NCBI GenBank assembly: GCA_913063055.1
Contig: CAJXZK010000001.1
Location: forward strand, 1 to 55,864
Length of the DNA: 55,864 bases
From: an uncultured bacterium
GTDB lineage: Bacteria; Cyanobacteriota; Vampirovibrionia; Obscuribacterales; Obscuribacteraceae
Direction of reading: 5' to 3'
Below the pieces are notes generated by a model. The model was given only the letters and a program-made list of their open reading frames with translations, did not search any database and was not told where the DNA came from. Shown here one piece after another: positions 37,385-45,769 of the stretch (the stretch's first letter is position 1; every line of letters begins with the position of its first letter). Position numbers and translations under genes: made by a program.

Positions 37385-37539
37385 CTGTGTGGACGAAAGC
37401 TCTCACGGAGGAATCGGTTAGAGCATAACTAGGTCATACCTCGTGTCTACTAAAAACCCAAACGGGAAATTCCACCACTAGGTGGCTGCACATTTAACAC
37501 TATGTGTTCAAAAAGCCGGGCGCTCGTCGTCCGGCTTTT
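37385..37539 (+). ncRNA. Putative ~150-nt sRNA or terminated leader
   Basis: Follows the promoter candidate; hairpins GCTCT/AGAGC, CCACC/GGTGG, GCACAT/ATGTGT; ends in a terminator. Confidence 0.4.
37511..37539. terminator. Rho-independent terminator
   Basis: AAAAGCCGGGCG-CTCGT-CGTCCGGCTTTT. Confidence 0.75.
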
Positions 37540-37794
37540 GTCATGACACCACCAGTAGTGCCGCAGGAGCAATCTTACCTAGCGTAAAGTTCCGTTAGAT
37601 TTTTTAGTGTAATTTCGCAACGTAGGGTTTTCAAGCACATTTTTTCAGGAATAAAATACTCGGTAATAGACTACTCATGACTCAAGACACAAGAAGTGGA
37701 AACAATTTCTTTTCAGGGCCGTCTCAGCGACCATATCAAGAGCAGGTCTTGCGCTAGAATCAAGACTCCTTGATCAGTTGCCGGAATAAACCGA

Positions 37795-39603
37795 ATGATG
37801 CCGCCCGAAAATCAAGATTCAGCACAACAAGCCTCTCCGGTTAGACTGGGAGACCTTCTCACTGGCGCCGGTCTGCTCAAGGCTGAAGATTTGCGACAGG
37901 CGATGTTGATTGCCAAAACTCAGTCTCTTCCAGTTGGTCGTGTACTGATCATGTCTGGTTTTATTATTGAGCCCCACCTGCAAGCGGCAGTGCAGGCTCA
38001 ATCGATGCTAAAAGACGGTCTTATTGATCTCGAAACCGCCCTTGGCAGCTTGCGAGTGATATCTCGCGACGGCCTCAGTCTTGATCAAGCTCTGTCAAAA
38101 ATGGGCTGGGCGCAGCCCGTCAACCAAGTAACTAACAAACTAGGCGAACTATTGATCGAAGCTGGTCTAGTCAGCCGGGCTCAGCTAGATGCGGCATTGG
38201 TGCAAGGTGATAGCACCGGGCTTCCCCTTGGTAGAGTTTTGGTTACCAATGGTTGGCTCTCAGAACAACTTCTTTCTTCAGCCCTGAACGCACAAATATT
38301 AGTGCGCGATCGCCGAGTATCAAGAGACCAAGCCATTTCCAGCTTGCGCGCTGCCTTAGAAAGACAAGTACCAATTGAGCAAACCTTAGCCGAAACTGGT
38401 GTCTCACTGCATCTCGCCAATGAAACAGTGCGCTTAGGCGAACTGCTTGTCATGGCCAAACTCTTAGACGAAGAAAAACTGATGCAAGCCGTTGAGCTTG
38501 GCCTGGTCAACGAACAACCAATCGGTCAAGTTTTGGTCAAAAACGGCATGGTTAGTGAAACCGTACTACAAACGGCCCTGGCTATTCAAAGTATGGTTAC
38601 CAAAGGCGAACTGCGCAAAGTTCAGTGCGGCCGCGTTTTAGAACTAGTAAACACTGAAAAACTCTCACTGGCAGAAGCGGTAGAGCGGGTGCAACCAACG
38701 CCCCCACGCGAAACCTCAAATCTTCCCCTCTATCAATTTTTACAACTGGCTGGCGTAATCGGCCCTCCAGACATCGAAGAAGCACTCAAAGTCGGTTCTC
38801 GCGATACCAACTTAATGGGTCAAATGCTGATGATGACCGGCGCTATCGATCAAAATCTGCTCGGCATTGCCATGAACTGCTCAAGCCTGATGGCTCAAGG
38901 CATTTTAAAAACCGAACAGGCTGTAATTGTGCTGGGTATTTGCTGGAAGAGCAAAGCGAGTTTAGAAGAGGCGTTCAAGCAACTAGGCTGGAGTTCAGCC
39001 ATTATTTCATCGGCCCTGCCTGTTGCCAATGCAGCACAAGCGGCTCAAGCTCAGGCTCAAAGCCTACCAGTGCAACAAGGAACAACGGCTCCACAAGCAG
39101 TTGCACCTCAACCAGTTGCACCTCAACCGGCTGCCCAGGCCACAACCACCGGCCAAAACCTAGTGCCCCAGCAGGGAACCGTTTCAACCACAAACCAAGC
39201 AGCGGTTCCACCGGCTCCAGCAGCTTCAGCTAACAACACCGGCACAACATCAACGACTAGTCAAAATATAGTGCAGCAGAGCCGCACCGGCGAGCATCAG
39301 GCGCCGAAGACTTCAAAACTCGATCAGGCAATATCTGGCCGCAACCGCCAGGGAAGTTCATCTGCAACAGCCCACAACTTGCCGGCTATGCCCGTTGGTC
39401 AGAACCTTACGGTTGAGCAAGGAAGCTTGCAGCCCTACGATACTGGCGAGATGTCGCCAATCAGGAAGAAAGAAGAGGCTGAAGCGGCAGCAAGAGCAGC
39501 CCAAGAAAACACCCAAGACAATCCCAGTCAGGCAGGCGCCGAGACCCCCAAACCAGCAGGTGGCCCGTCGGTTAAGAAACGTCTGGCTGACTTAATTCCC
39601 TAG
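37795..39603 (+). CDS. Stand-alone multi-MshEN (GspE/PilB N-terminal-like) protein with a disordered Q/P/A/T-rich tail
   Basis: RLGDLLTGAGLL, KLGELLIEAGLV, RLGELLVMAKLL and partner half-motifs; no Walker A. Confidence 0.8.
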   Translation: MMPPENQDSAQQASPVRLGDLLTGAGLLKAEDLRQAMLIAKTQSLPVGRVLIMSGFIIEPHLQAAVQAQSMLKDGLIDLETALGSLRVISRDGLSLDQALSKMGWAQPVNQVTNKLGELLIEAGLVSRAQLDAALVQGDSTGLPLGRVLVTNGWLSEQLLSSALNAQILVRDRRVSRDQAISSLRAALERQVPIEQTLAETGVSLHLANETVRLGELLVMAKLLDEEKLMQAVELGLVNEQPIGQVLVKNGMVSETVLQTALAIQSMVTKGELRKVQCGRVLELVNTEKLSLAEAVERVQPTPPRETSNLPLYQFLQLAGVIGPPDIEEALKVGSRDTNLMGQMLMMTGAIDQNLLGIAMNCSSLMAQGILKTEQAVIVLGICWKSKASLEEAFKQLGWSSAIISSALPVANAAQAAQAQAQSLPVQQGTTAPQAVAPQPVAPQPAAQATTTGQNLVPQQGTVSTTNQAAVPPAPAASANNTGTTSTTSQNIVQQSRTGEHQAPKTSKLDQAISGRNRQGSSSATAHNLPAMPVGQNLTVEQGSLQPYDTGEMSPIRKKEEAEAAARAAQENTQDNPSQAGAETPKPAGGPSVKKRLADLIP

Positions 39604-39874
39604 TTCCGTTCCTTTCTTGATTATTTGACGTCATCCCTACTGGCTGTAACACGTCAGCTCGGCACCAGCAGTGGTGCTATAGCGCCAACAAAAACAAAAG
39701 CGTCCACAGCCTGGTCCTAAAGTACAGTATTGTGATTTTTAGCCGATTCAAGACAAGAAAATTAGAGAAGAATGCAGATTTTATGAAATTCACTCAATAA
39801 TCACAAACGGTATGGTATGAATAGCAGTCAAGATCCGCATCCAGACTTAATACTGCGCTGCATAGGAGAGCTTC

Positions 39875-40486
39875 ATGCTTCAGCAAAAAATTACTTATAA
39901 GCCATACCCAGTTCAGGATTTCAAACACCTGTTGGGCTTGACTGGCATTTCAGACAAGACTTTGGAAATTCACTTCAAGCTCTATGCTGGTTATGTCAAG
40001 AACACAAACGATCTAAACGAAAAAATCATCGAACTAACAGAAGCTGGCAAGAGCGGTTCGCTTGAATACGCAGAATTGAAGCGTCGTTATGGCTTCGAAT
40101 ACAACGGTATGAGACTTCACGAATACTACTTCGGCAACCTCAAACCAGGCGGTTCTGAGCTAAAAGAATCAAGCGCTATCGGCAAATTGATCACTGAAAC
40201 CTATTCTTCAATCGATGTTTGGAAAAATGACTTCTTCAAAGTCGGCGCCATGCGCGGTGTTGGCTGGGCTGTCTTGTTCCAAGACCCCTTCACCAAAACC
40301 CTTTCCAACCACTGGATCACTTTGCACGAAGAAGGCAACATTGCTGGATTCCAGCCATTGCTAGTAATGGACGTTTGGGAGCATGCTTTCTTGCTCGACT
40401 ACGTTCCAGCCGACCGTCCTAAGTACATTGAAGCTTTCTACAGCAACATTGACTGGGAAAAGGTTGAAGCCAGACTGCTTAAGTAG
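39875..40486 (+). CDS. sod: Fe/Mn superoxide dismutase
   Basis: AGGAG RBS; ligand motifs IHFKLY, LHEYYF, DVWEHA. Confidence 0.93.
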   Translation: MLQQKITYKPYPVQDFKHLLGLTGISDKTLEIHFKLYAGYVKNTNDLNEKIIELTEAGKSGSLEYAELKRRYGFEYNGMRLHEYYFGNLKPGGSELKESSAIGKLITETYSSIDVWKNDFFKVGAMRGVGWAVLFQDPFTKTLSNHWITLHEEGNIAGFQPLLVMDVWEHAFLLDYVPADRPKYIEAFYSNIDWEKVEARLLK

Positions 40487-40518
40487 GCTAATTGCTGAAA
40501 AAATAAGCGATATTGCGC

Positions 40519-40548
40519 GAGGGTGGGAATTTAATTCCCGCCCTCTTT
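40519..40548 (+). terminator. Rho-independent terminator
   Basis: GAGGGTGGGAAT-TTA-ATTCCCGCCCTC-TTT. Confidence 0.75.
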
Positions 40549-40689
40549 GCTTACAGGCAGCGCTAAAAGAGTGATGAAAGCGGCTGAAAAGCTGGCCTTA
40601 AAAGAAATCAACCCGCAACAAAGGTCAAGAAGCGAGACACAGCCTCTTGAGAACAGTAGAATAAACACTGGCCAAGTAATCAAAGGCTG

Positions 40690-41829
40690 ATGCGCATGAA
40701 AGAAACAGCAACGACAACCAGTCTGGGTTCAATCGGACAAATCACTGAAGAGCACGAACTAATCATCGACGTGCAAGTTGAAGATAGTTCCCCAGTCAAA
40801 CCTGATGCGACCCAAGAAAGCAAACAGGCACGCGCTCTAAAAGAAGAACGCGAAAGTGAAGAACTGGAAGAAGATCAAGACGATGATGACGATGACGAAA
40901 TTGTCGAGAATTATGCCGACAGCTGGTCTTACGAAGTGCCGCGTCCTTGGCTCACAGTGGAACAAGCGGCCAGCATGCTGGGCCGGTCAACTCGAGGTGT
41001 AGAGCGTTCAATCCTTGGACGCTGGGGCAATCACCTCCCCGAAGGCTGGAGCGCTCGCCGTGTCCGCATCGATGGCGTAGACGAGTGGCGCATCATTCCC
41101 CCACCCGGCTTCCGTATCAAACACAGCCGTCGCGAAACAAGCAGACGTGATGGTACAAGCACAAATACAAATACAAATACAAATACGAGCGCAAACACAG
41201 ATAAAAACAGCAGTGTTGGCACAAGTACCCATGCGAGTACTGGCGATAGCAATATCGAAGACGTTGAAGCCAGCCCAATAACAAGTTCTACAGAACCCTC
41301 GAGTTCAGCCAAGCAAACCGAGACCAATAAAACAGCCTCCAAATCGCAAGAGAAGAAAATGGCAGCTACACCAAACTCCGCAGTAGAATCGCCATCCTCA
41401 GTCAGTGAGCCGTTCTCCTTTGAGAAGTTTTTCCAGTCTGCTGGCAAAATGGCACAAAAAGAATTAGCCTCTTTCGGCCTGACCGTAAGGCCTACAAGCG
41501 AACGCACTGACAAACACGGCATTGTCGATGCTGATATCGAGCACGCCACAATCGTCATTGATCGCTCCGATGAAGTCGAAAAATTACTGAGAGAGCTAGC
41601 CAACACCCAAAAAGAACTGGCAGAGCAGCGTCGCATGCACCTTGACGATTTGCGCTTGATGCAAGAGATGCAACGTTCTATGCTCCTGCTTGAAGTCAAC
41701 GCAAAAGAAACAGGCGAACTCAAACAAGATCTCACCTATGCCCAACAAGCATTGAAAGAACATCGCTCTCAATACCAAGCATTCTTGGCCCTGCCATGGT
41801 ACAAACGTTTATTCCGCAAAACGCCATAG
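40690..41829 (+). CDS. Acidic leader + HTH-like + coiled-coil protein with a C-terminal amphipathic helix
   Basis: WLTVEQAASMLGRSTRGVER; ends LPWYKRLFRKTP. Confidence 0.75.
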   Translation: MRMKETATTTSLGSIGQITEEHELIIDVQVEDSSPVKPDATQESKQARALKEERESEELEEDQDDDDDDEIVENYADSWSYEVPRPWLTVEQAASMLGRSTRGVERSILGRWGNHLPEGWSARRVRIDGVDEWRIIPPPGFRIKHSRRETSRRDGTSTNTNTNTNTSANTDKNSSVGTSTHASTGDSNIEDVEASPITSSTEPSSSAKQTETNKTASKSQEKKMAATPNSAVESPSSVSEPFSFEKFFQSAGKMAQKELASFGLTVRPTSERTDKHGIVDADIEHATIVIDRSDEVEKLLRELANTQKELAEQRRMHLDDLRLMQEMQRSMLLLEVNAKETGELKQDLTYAQQALKEHRSQYQAFLALPWYKRLFRKTP

Positions 41830-41877
41830 GCAATAGACTTAGAGGAAACCTGAAAAGCACCAACAGAGGACTTGTTC

Positions 41878-42228
41878 ATGGCTGAAACTGCAGACAAACG
41901 CTTCAAAATCACTTACTGCACTTCATGTGGATATCGCGACAGAGCCGTAAAACTGTCTGAACAACTAGAAAAAGATTCAAACGACACCTGCTTACTCGTC
42001 CCTGCCGAAGGCGGAGTCTTCGAAGTCGAAGACCAGGGAGTACTGCTCTTCTCCAAGAAAACCAGCGACCGTTTCCCCGAAGAAGGCGAAGTACAAAACA
42101 TCATCAAGTACATTAAAGACGGACAACCCCTGGAAGAGGCACAAACAAATGCAGCCCACGAAGCTGGACATAGCGGCGGAGTCTTGGACTGGATCTATAG
42201 CCTTTTTAGAGCACCTTCACACAAATAA
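41878..42228 (+). CDS. Rdx family (SelT/SelW/SelH-like) thioredoxin-fold protein, Cys form
   Basis: ITYCTSCGY, GGVFEV, LFSKK..RFP; AGAGGA RBS before ATG 41878. Confidence 0.85.
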   Translation: MAETADKRFKITYCTSCGYRDRAVKLSEQLEKDSNDTCLLVPAEGGVFEVEDQGVLLFSKKTSDRFPEEGEVQNIIKYIKDGQPLEEAQTNAAHEAGHSGGVLDWIYSLFRAPSHK

Positions 42229-42241
42229 GTCGGAGAGAAGA

Positions 42242-43045
42242 GTGGGACATCCTCAAGCGCTGCAAATAGCTATCGATGGACCCGCAGGCGCCGGCAAATC
42301 AACCGTAGCGCGAAAGTTAGCCGACCACTTGGGCTATCTATATATAGATACTGGTGCAATGTACCGAGCATCAACCTGGCTGGCCTTGAAGAACGACATT
42401 CCTTTGACCGATGGCGATGCCATTGCCGCTCTTGCCAGCAAGAGCAATATTCAGCTCAAGCCCGCAGATGAAAGCTCTGACGGCAAAATCAGAGTATTTG
42501 TTGACGGCCAAGAAATCACCCGCGAAATCCGCACCCAGCGGATGTCTGAACTAACTGCTGGCATTGCCGCTTTAGGTCAAGTGCGAGCCGTATTGGTGGA
42601 GAAGCAGCGCGAGCTAGCTAGAGAAGGCTTTTGCGTCATTGACGGCCGCGATATTGGCACAGTAGTGATGCCTGACGCTGGCCTTAAGGTGTTCTTGACC
42701 GCCAGCCCCGAAGAACGTGCCCGCCGCAGACAAAAAGAATTAGCCGCCCAGGGTGAAACACCAGATTTCGAAGCCCTGCTGAAGGCCATTAATGAGCGCG
42801 ATTATCTCGACTGCAACCGCGCAGTCTCACCTCTGATGCGAGCTGTGGACGCAGTTGAATTGATTACCGACAACATGACCATTGATGATGTCGTGTTGGA
42901 ACTGGAAAAATTGGCAAAAGAGGCCTTTCAACCAGCGCCCGCACCAGCTCAACCACGCGCCCATGAGCGTGAATCGGCCTCAGCACTGACTGACTTTCAA
43001 GACTTGCCCGAATTCCAAGAACTACCAGAAGCTCAAGAAGTCTAA
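42242..43045 (+). CDS. cmk: Cytidylate kinase
   Basis: IAIDGPAGAGKST, IDTGAMYR, DGRDIGTVV, ARRR; GTG 42242 after GGAGAG. Confidence 0.95.
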   Translation: MGHPQALQIAIDGPAGAGKSTVARKLADHLGYLYIDTGAMYRASTWLALKNDIPLTDGDAIAALASKSNIQLKPADESSDGKIRVFVDGQEITREIRTQRMSELTAGIAALGQVRAVLVEKQRELAREGFCVIDGRDIGTVVMPDAGLKVFLTASPEERARRRQKELAAQGETPDFEALLKAINERDYLDCNRAVSPLMRAVDAVELITDNMTIDDVVLELEKLAKEAFQPAPAPAQPRAHERESASALTDFQDLPEFQELPEAQEV

Positions 43046-43198
43046 ATCTCAAAAGGCTCTCAACCAGTTGTAAAAACGTGAGCAAATAGTTCGCAGACTT
43101 GCGCCAACAAATACGTAAGTCCACCAGCGCCAGAATGCCATTTGCCAGCTATATTAGGTAGGCAATGTTATGGCTATCGCCTAGAGCTGGCTTAATCT

Positions 43199-44437
43199 AT
43201 GGATGACCAATCCGGCAACGACAAGCTAGAGCCGAAAAAAGAGGACGGAACCAACCGTTCTCAGCTAAATTCTGTGGACATTTTGCGCGGCGAAGGCAAG
43301 ACTGGCGACAATAAAGCTGGTGGCGGCAATAAAACAGGCGAAAGCAAAGCCGGTGAACCTGACAAAGTACGCCTACCGGCGAGCACAGACAAAAGTGCCC
43401 AAGAACCGCCGATTGGCGTGGCACAGCTAAAAGAGAACGAAACAATAGTTCTCCACCTCAAAGGAAAAGAAGGTGATCTCAGTGGCGAAGCTGAGGTTGA
43501 ATTCAAACTGGGCGACAAGCTCTACGACGATGTCTTTAAACACTTAGGTGGCATAAAAAAAGGCGAAACCAAGTTAGTGCCTGCCTGGCAAGATGCTAGC
43601 GAAAACAAGCAAGGGCAGCCGAGAAAGCAATCAATTACCGATGGTAACAAAACTCCCGAGCAAGGCGATCAGTCTCCTGGCAAAGCACCAGATACAACGA
43701 CTGGCACAACCACTGACAAAACGACAGACAAATCAACTGACAGCAAAAACGACGCCACTACCCCTGGTGCACAGCCAGGCGACATAGCTACTCCAGAAAT
43801 AATCGTTCCACCCTCGGTGCAATTCGTCACCAAGGTCAACGATACCTACGCAAAAATGTCGCCAGAAGTGCGCGATATTCTGAGCCACGAAGGGGCAGTT
43901 GTTACACCTACCCGCCGTATTACCGATGCCCTACCGGAGCTAAAAGGGCAAAAACCTAGAGGCTGGCCTCCCGGTCTTACTTGGGACGCAGTGGACGGCG
44001 CTTACAGCCCCAGCCGCAACCTTGTAGTGGTTGCTGAGGAAACTAGAGATACCAACAATAAGTGGAATAAGAGCAACCGCACCGAAGACGTTACCCGCCA
44101 CGAGGTGGGTCATGCCACCGACTACGCCATGGGCAAATTTTCAAACAGCGCAGCCTTCACCCAGGCCTATGAAGCCGACACCCAGGTAATGCCAGCGGCA
44201 CTTACAGGCACCCTCAAATATTTCTTGCAGTCTGGCGATGGCGGTAAAGAAGAAGCCTGCGCCGAAGGCATAGCAGCCAGAGAAGGCGGCTCCACCTCAG
44301 GCAAAGTCTTTGAATCAGGCTTTGCTAAAAGCATCGCCGCCATCAACGATGCCCTACTGCTGCTTAGAGCGAAACTACCAAAAGCTCCAGGTGCGGGAAG
44401 CCCAGACCCAATTACACCAGTGAAAACCGGTAATTGA
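43199..44437 (+). CDS. Protein with a polar leader and a C-terminal anthrax-lethal-factor/PPEP-like zinc metalloprotease domain
   Basis: PRGW...TWDAVDG, HEVGHATD (HExxH), YF...EEACAE. Confidence 0.8.
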   Translation: MDDQSGNDKLEPKKEDGTNRSQLNSVDILRGEGKTGDNKAGGGNKTGESKAGEPDKVRLPASTDKSAQEPPIGVAQLKENETIVLHLKGKEGDLSGEAEVEFKLGDKLYDDVFKHLGGIKKGETKLVPAWQDASENKQGQPRKQSITDGNKTPEQGDQSPGKAPDTTTGTTTDKTTDKSTDSKNDATTPGAQPGDIATPEIIVPPSVQFVTKVNDTYAKMSPEVRDILSHEGAVVTPTRRITDALPELKGQKPRGWPPGLTWDAVDGAYSPSRNLVVVAEETRDTNNKWNKSNRTEDVTRHEVGHATDYAMGKFSNSAAFTQAYEADTQVMPAALTGTLKYFLQSGDGGKEEACAEGIAAREGGSTSGKVFESGFAKSIAAINDALLLLRAKLPKAPGAGSPDPITPVKTGN

Positions 44438-44476
44438 TTTAGGCAAATGAGAGCTAAAAGCATCATTGTGATAATT

Positions 44477-44501
44477 GGTTAAGGAATTATCAGCCGGGTA
44501 T
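44477..44501 (+). promoter_or_regulatory. Candidate SigB/SigF-type promoter
   Basis: GGTTAA-N13-GGGTAT, 235 bp upstream of ORF 44736. Confidence 0.4.
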
Positions 44502-44735
44502 AAAAGTAAGGTCGGGCGATCGATTTAATCTCTAAATTTTTGAGGCTTGCTCATGAGGCAATCCCGAAATTGCGCGCCTGTTTGAATCTGCAAATTAAAA
44601 CCAAGCAGCTCTACATATAAGGACCGGTCGACAACTATATACGGAAGGTTGTATCTTAATAACCTATAACATTAGTAGCTGATAAACATTCATTCCACTT
44701 TCGAGTCCCACTTTCTAGGAATCAAGGAGAGCACC

Positions 44736-45482
44736 ATGGCCAAGGCTAAAACAAGAGTTCTGGATAAGCCACAAGCCTCGTCGAGTGTTGCCCAGCAGCC
44801 CACAGAAGTGGCTGAGCTAAAACAAATTTTCCAGCGGGTTGATCAAGCCCACGCTAAAGGTCTGACCTACAACAAGAAGCAGCCTGCATTTGCTGTTCTC
44901 TCTTTGAGTGATGGACGCACCATTACTGTTAACTATGGTCTAAAAGGAAGAATCGAAACTCTCACCTTCTCTGATGGCCGCGTACTCACCACCACAGATG
45001 GTGGCGAATATTACCTAGATAATCTTCAGCCCGATGTTAAATTGAAGAATCTAAAACTAGACATGAATGACGGCGAACTTTGCTACAAGACTACATTTGG
45101 CAAGCGTTCAGCTCAAATCAAAGAATCTTCAAACGGCGCTAAGTATGCCACTCTCAAAGAGAAAGGCGATGCCCGCGAATTTCAACTTTTGCCCGACAGA
45201 AGCCAGGTTGTGATTGGCAAAGAAGGCAAAATGATCTTCTCAGCCGACGGTAATTATTTGACCATGGAGCCTAAATCAGGCGGTCAGATCAAATTCCATC
45301 TCTGGAACAAAATGCTTGATGTAGTATTTCCAGATGGCTATGAACAAAGCTTCTACGCCACCGAACAAGAAATGAAATTGCTGCAACTGCAACCTATTGG
45401 TTTTTACATTAATTGGCTACCAGCCGACGATCTCGGCCGCCACTTCGAATGGGGCGTAGTGCTGCCACAAGCAGTGCACTAA
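44736..45482 (+). CDS. Hypothetical beta-rich protein
   Basis: Strong AAGGAG RBS; 248 aa. Confidence 0.7.
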   Translation: MAKAKTRVLDKPQASSSVAQQPTEVAELKQIFQRVDQAHAKGLTYNKKQPAFAVLSLSDGRTITVNYGLKGRIETLTFSDGRVLTTTDGGEYYLDNLQPDVKLKNLKLDMNDGELCYKTTFGKRSAQIKESSNGAKYATLKEKGDAREFQLLPDRSQVVIGKEGKMIFSADGNYLTMEPKSGGQIKFHLWNKMLDVVFPDGYEQSFYATEQEMKLLQLQPIGFYINWLPADDLGRHFEWGVVLPQAVH

Positions 45483-45648
45483 CAATTAGAACTTAGCCAG
45501 ATAGAACTTAGCCAAATAGAGCTAAGCGATATCGCACGGCCTTAGGGGCTTCTGAAAAAGAAACAGACCCACTCTGTGGGGAAAATTTCAGTTGGGCTGG
45601 ATACAATTTCAAAGGTAGTACAGTACGAACCCTTGTTTTGCCCCTTTC

Positions 45649-45686
45649 AAAAATGTCCGATTTTCGGCCGAAAATCGGACATTTTT
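45649..45686. repeat. 38-bp perfect palindrome
   Basis: AAAAATGTCCGATTTTCGG|CCGAAAATCGGACATTTTT. Confidence 0.9.
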
Positions 45687-45769
45687 TGAAACCGCTTTTA
45701 GTTAGTAGTCTTCACTCAAAGCCGTTCTAAACCACTACTCAGCAACCAGACTGGAAGCAGCAACAGAAA

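Noticed and set aside
37385..37440. c-di-GMP-I riboswitch upstream of the MshEN gene
   Set aside because: GGACGAAAGC only loosely resembles the consensus and the other conserved elements are not evident; kept only as an unclassified RNA candidate.
41031..41735. 234-aa antisense ORF with an FVFVFV stretch
   Set aside because: Shadow of the 40690 gene; the hydrophobic run is the reverse complement of the ACAAAT repeat.
41917..41928. Possible selenoprotein (Rdx CxxU)
   Set aside because: The codons are TGC-ACT-TCA-TGT, so both residues are Cys with no in-frame TGA.
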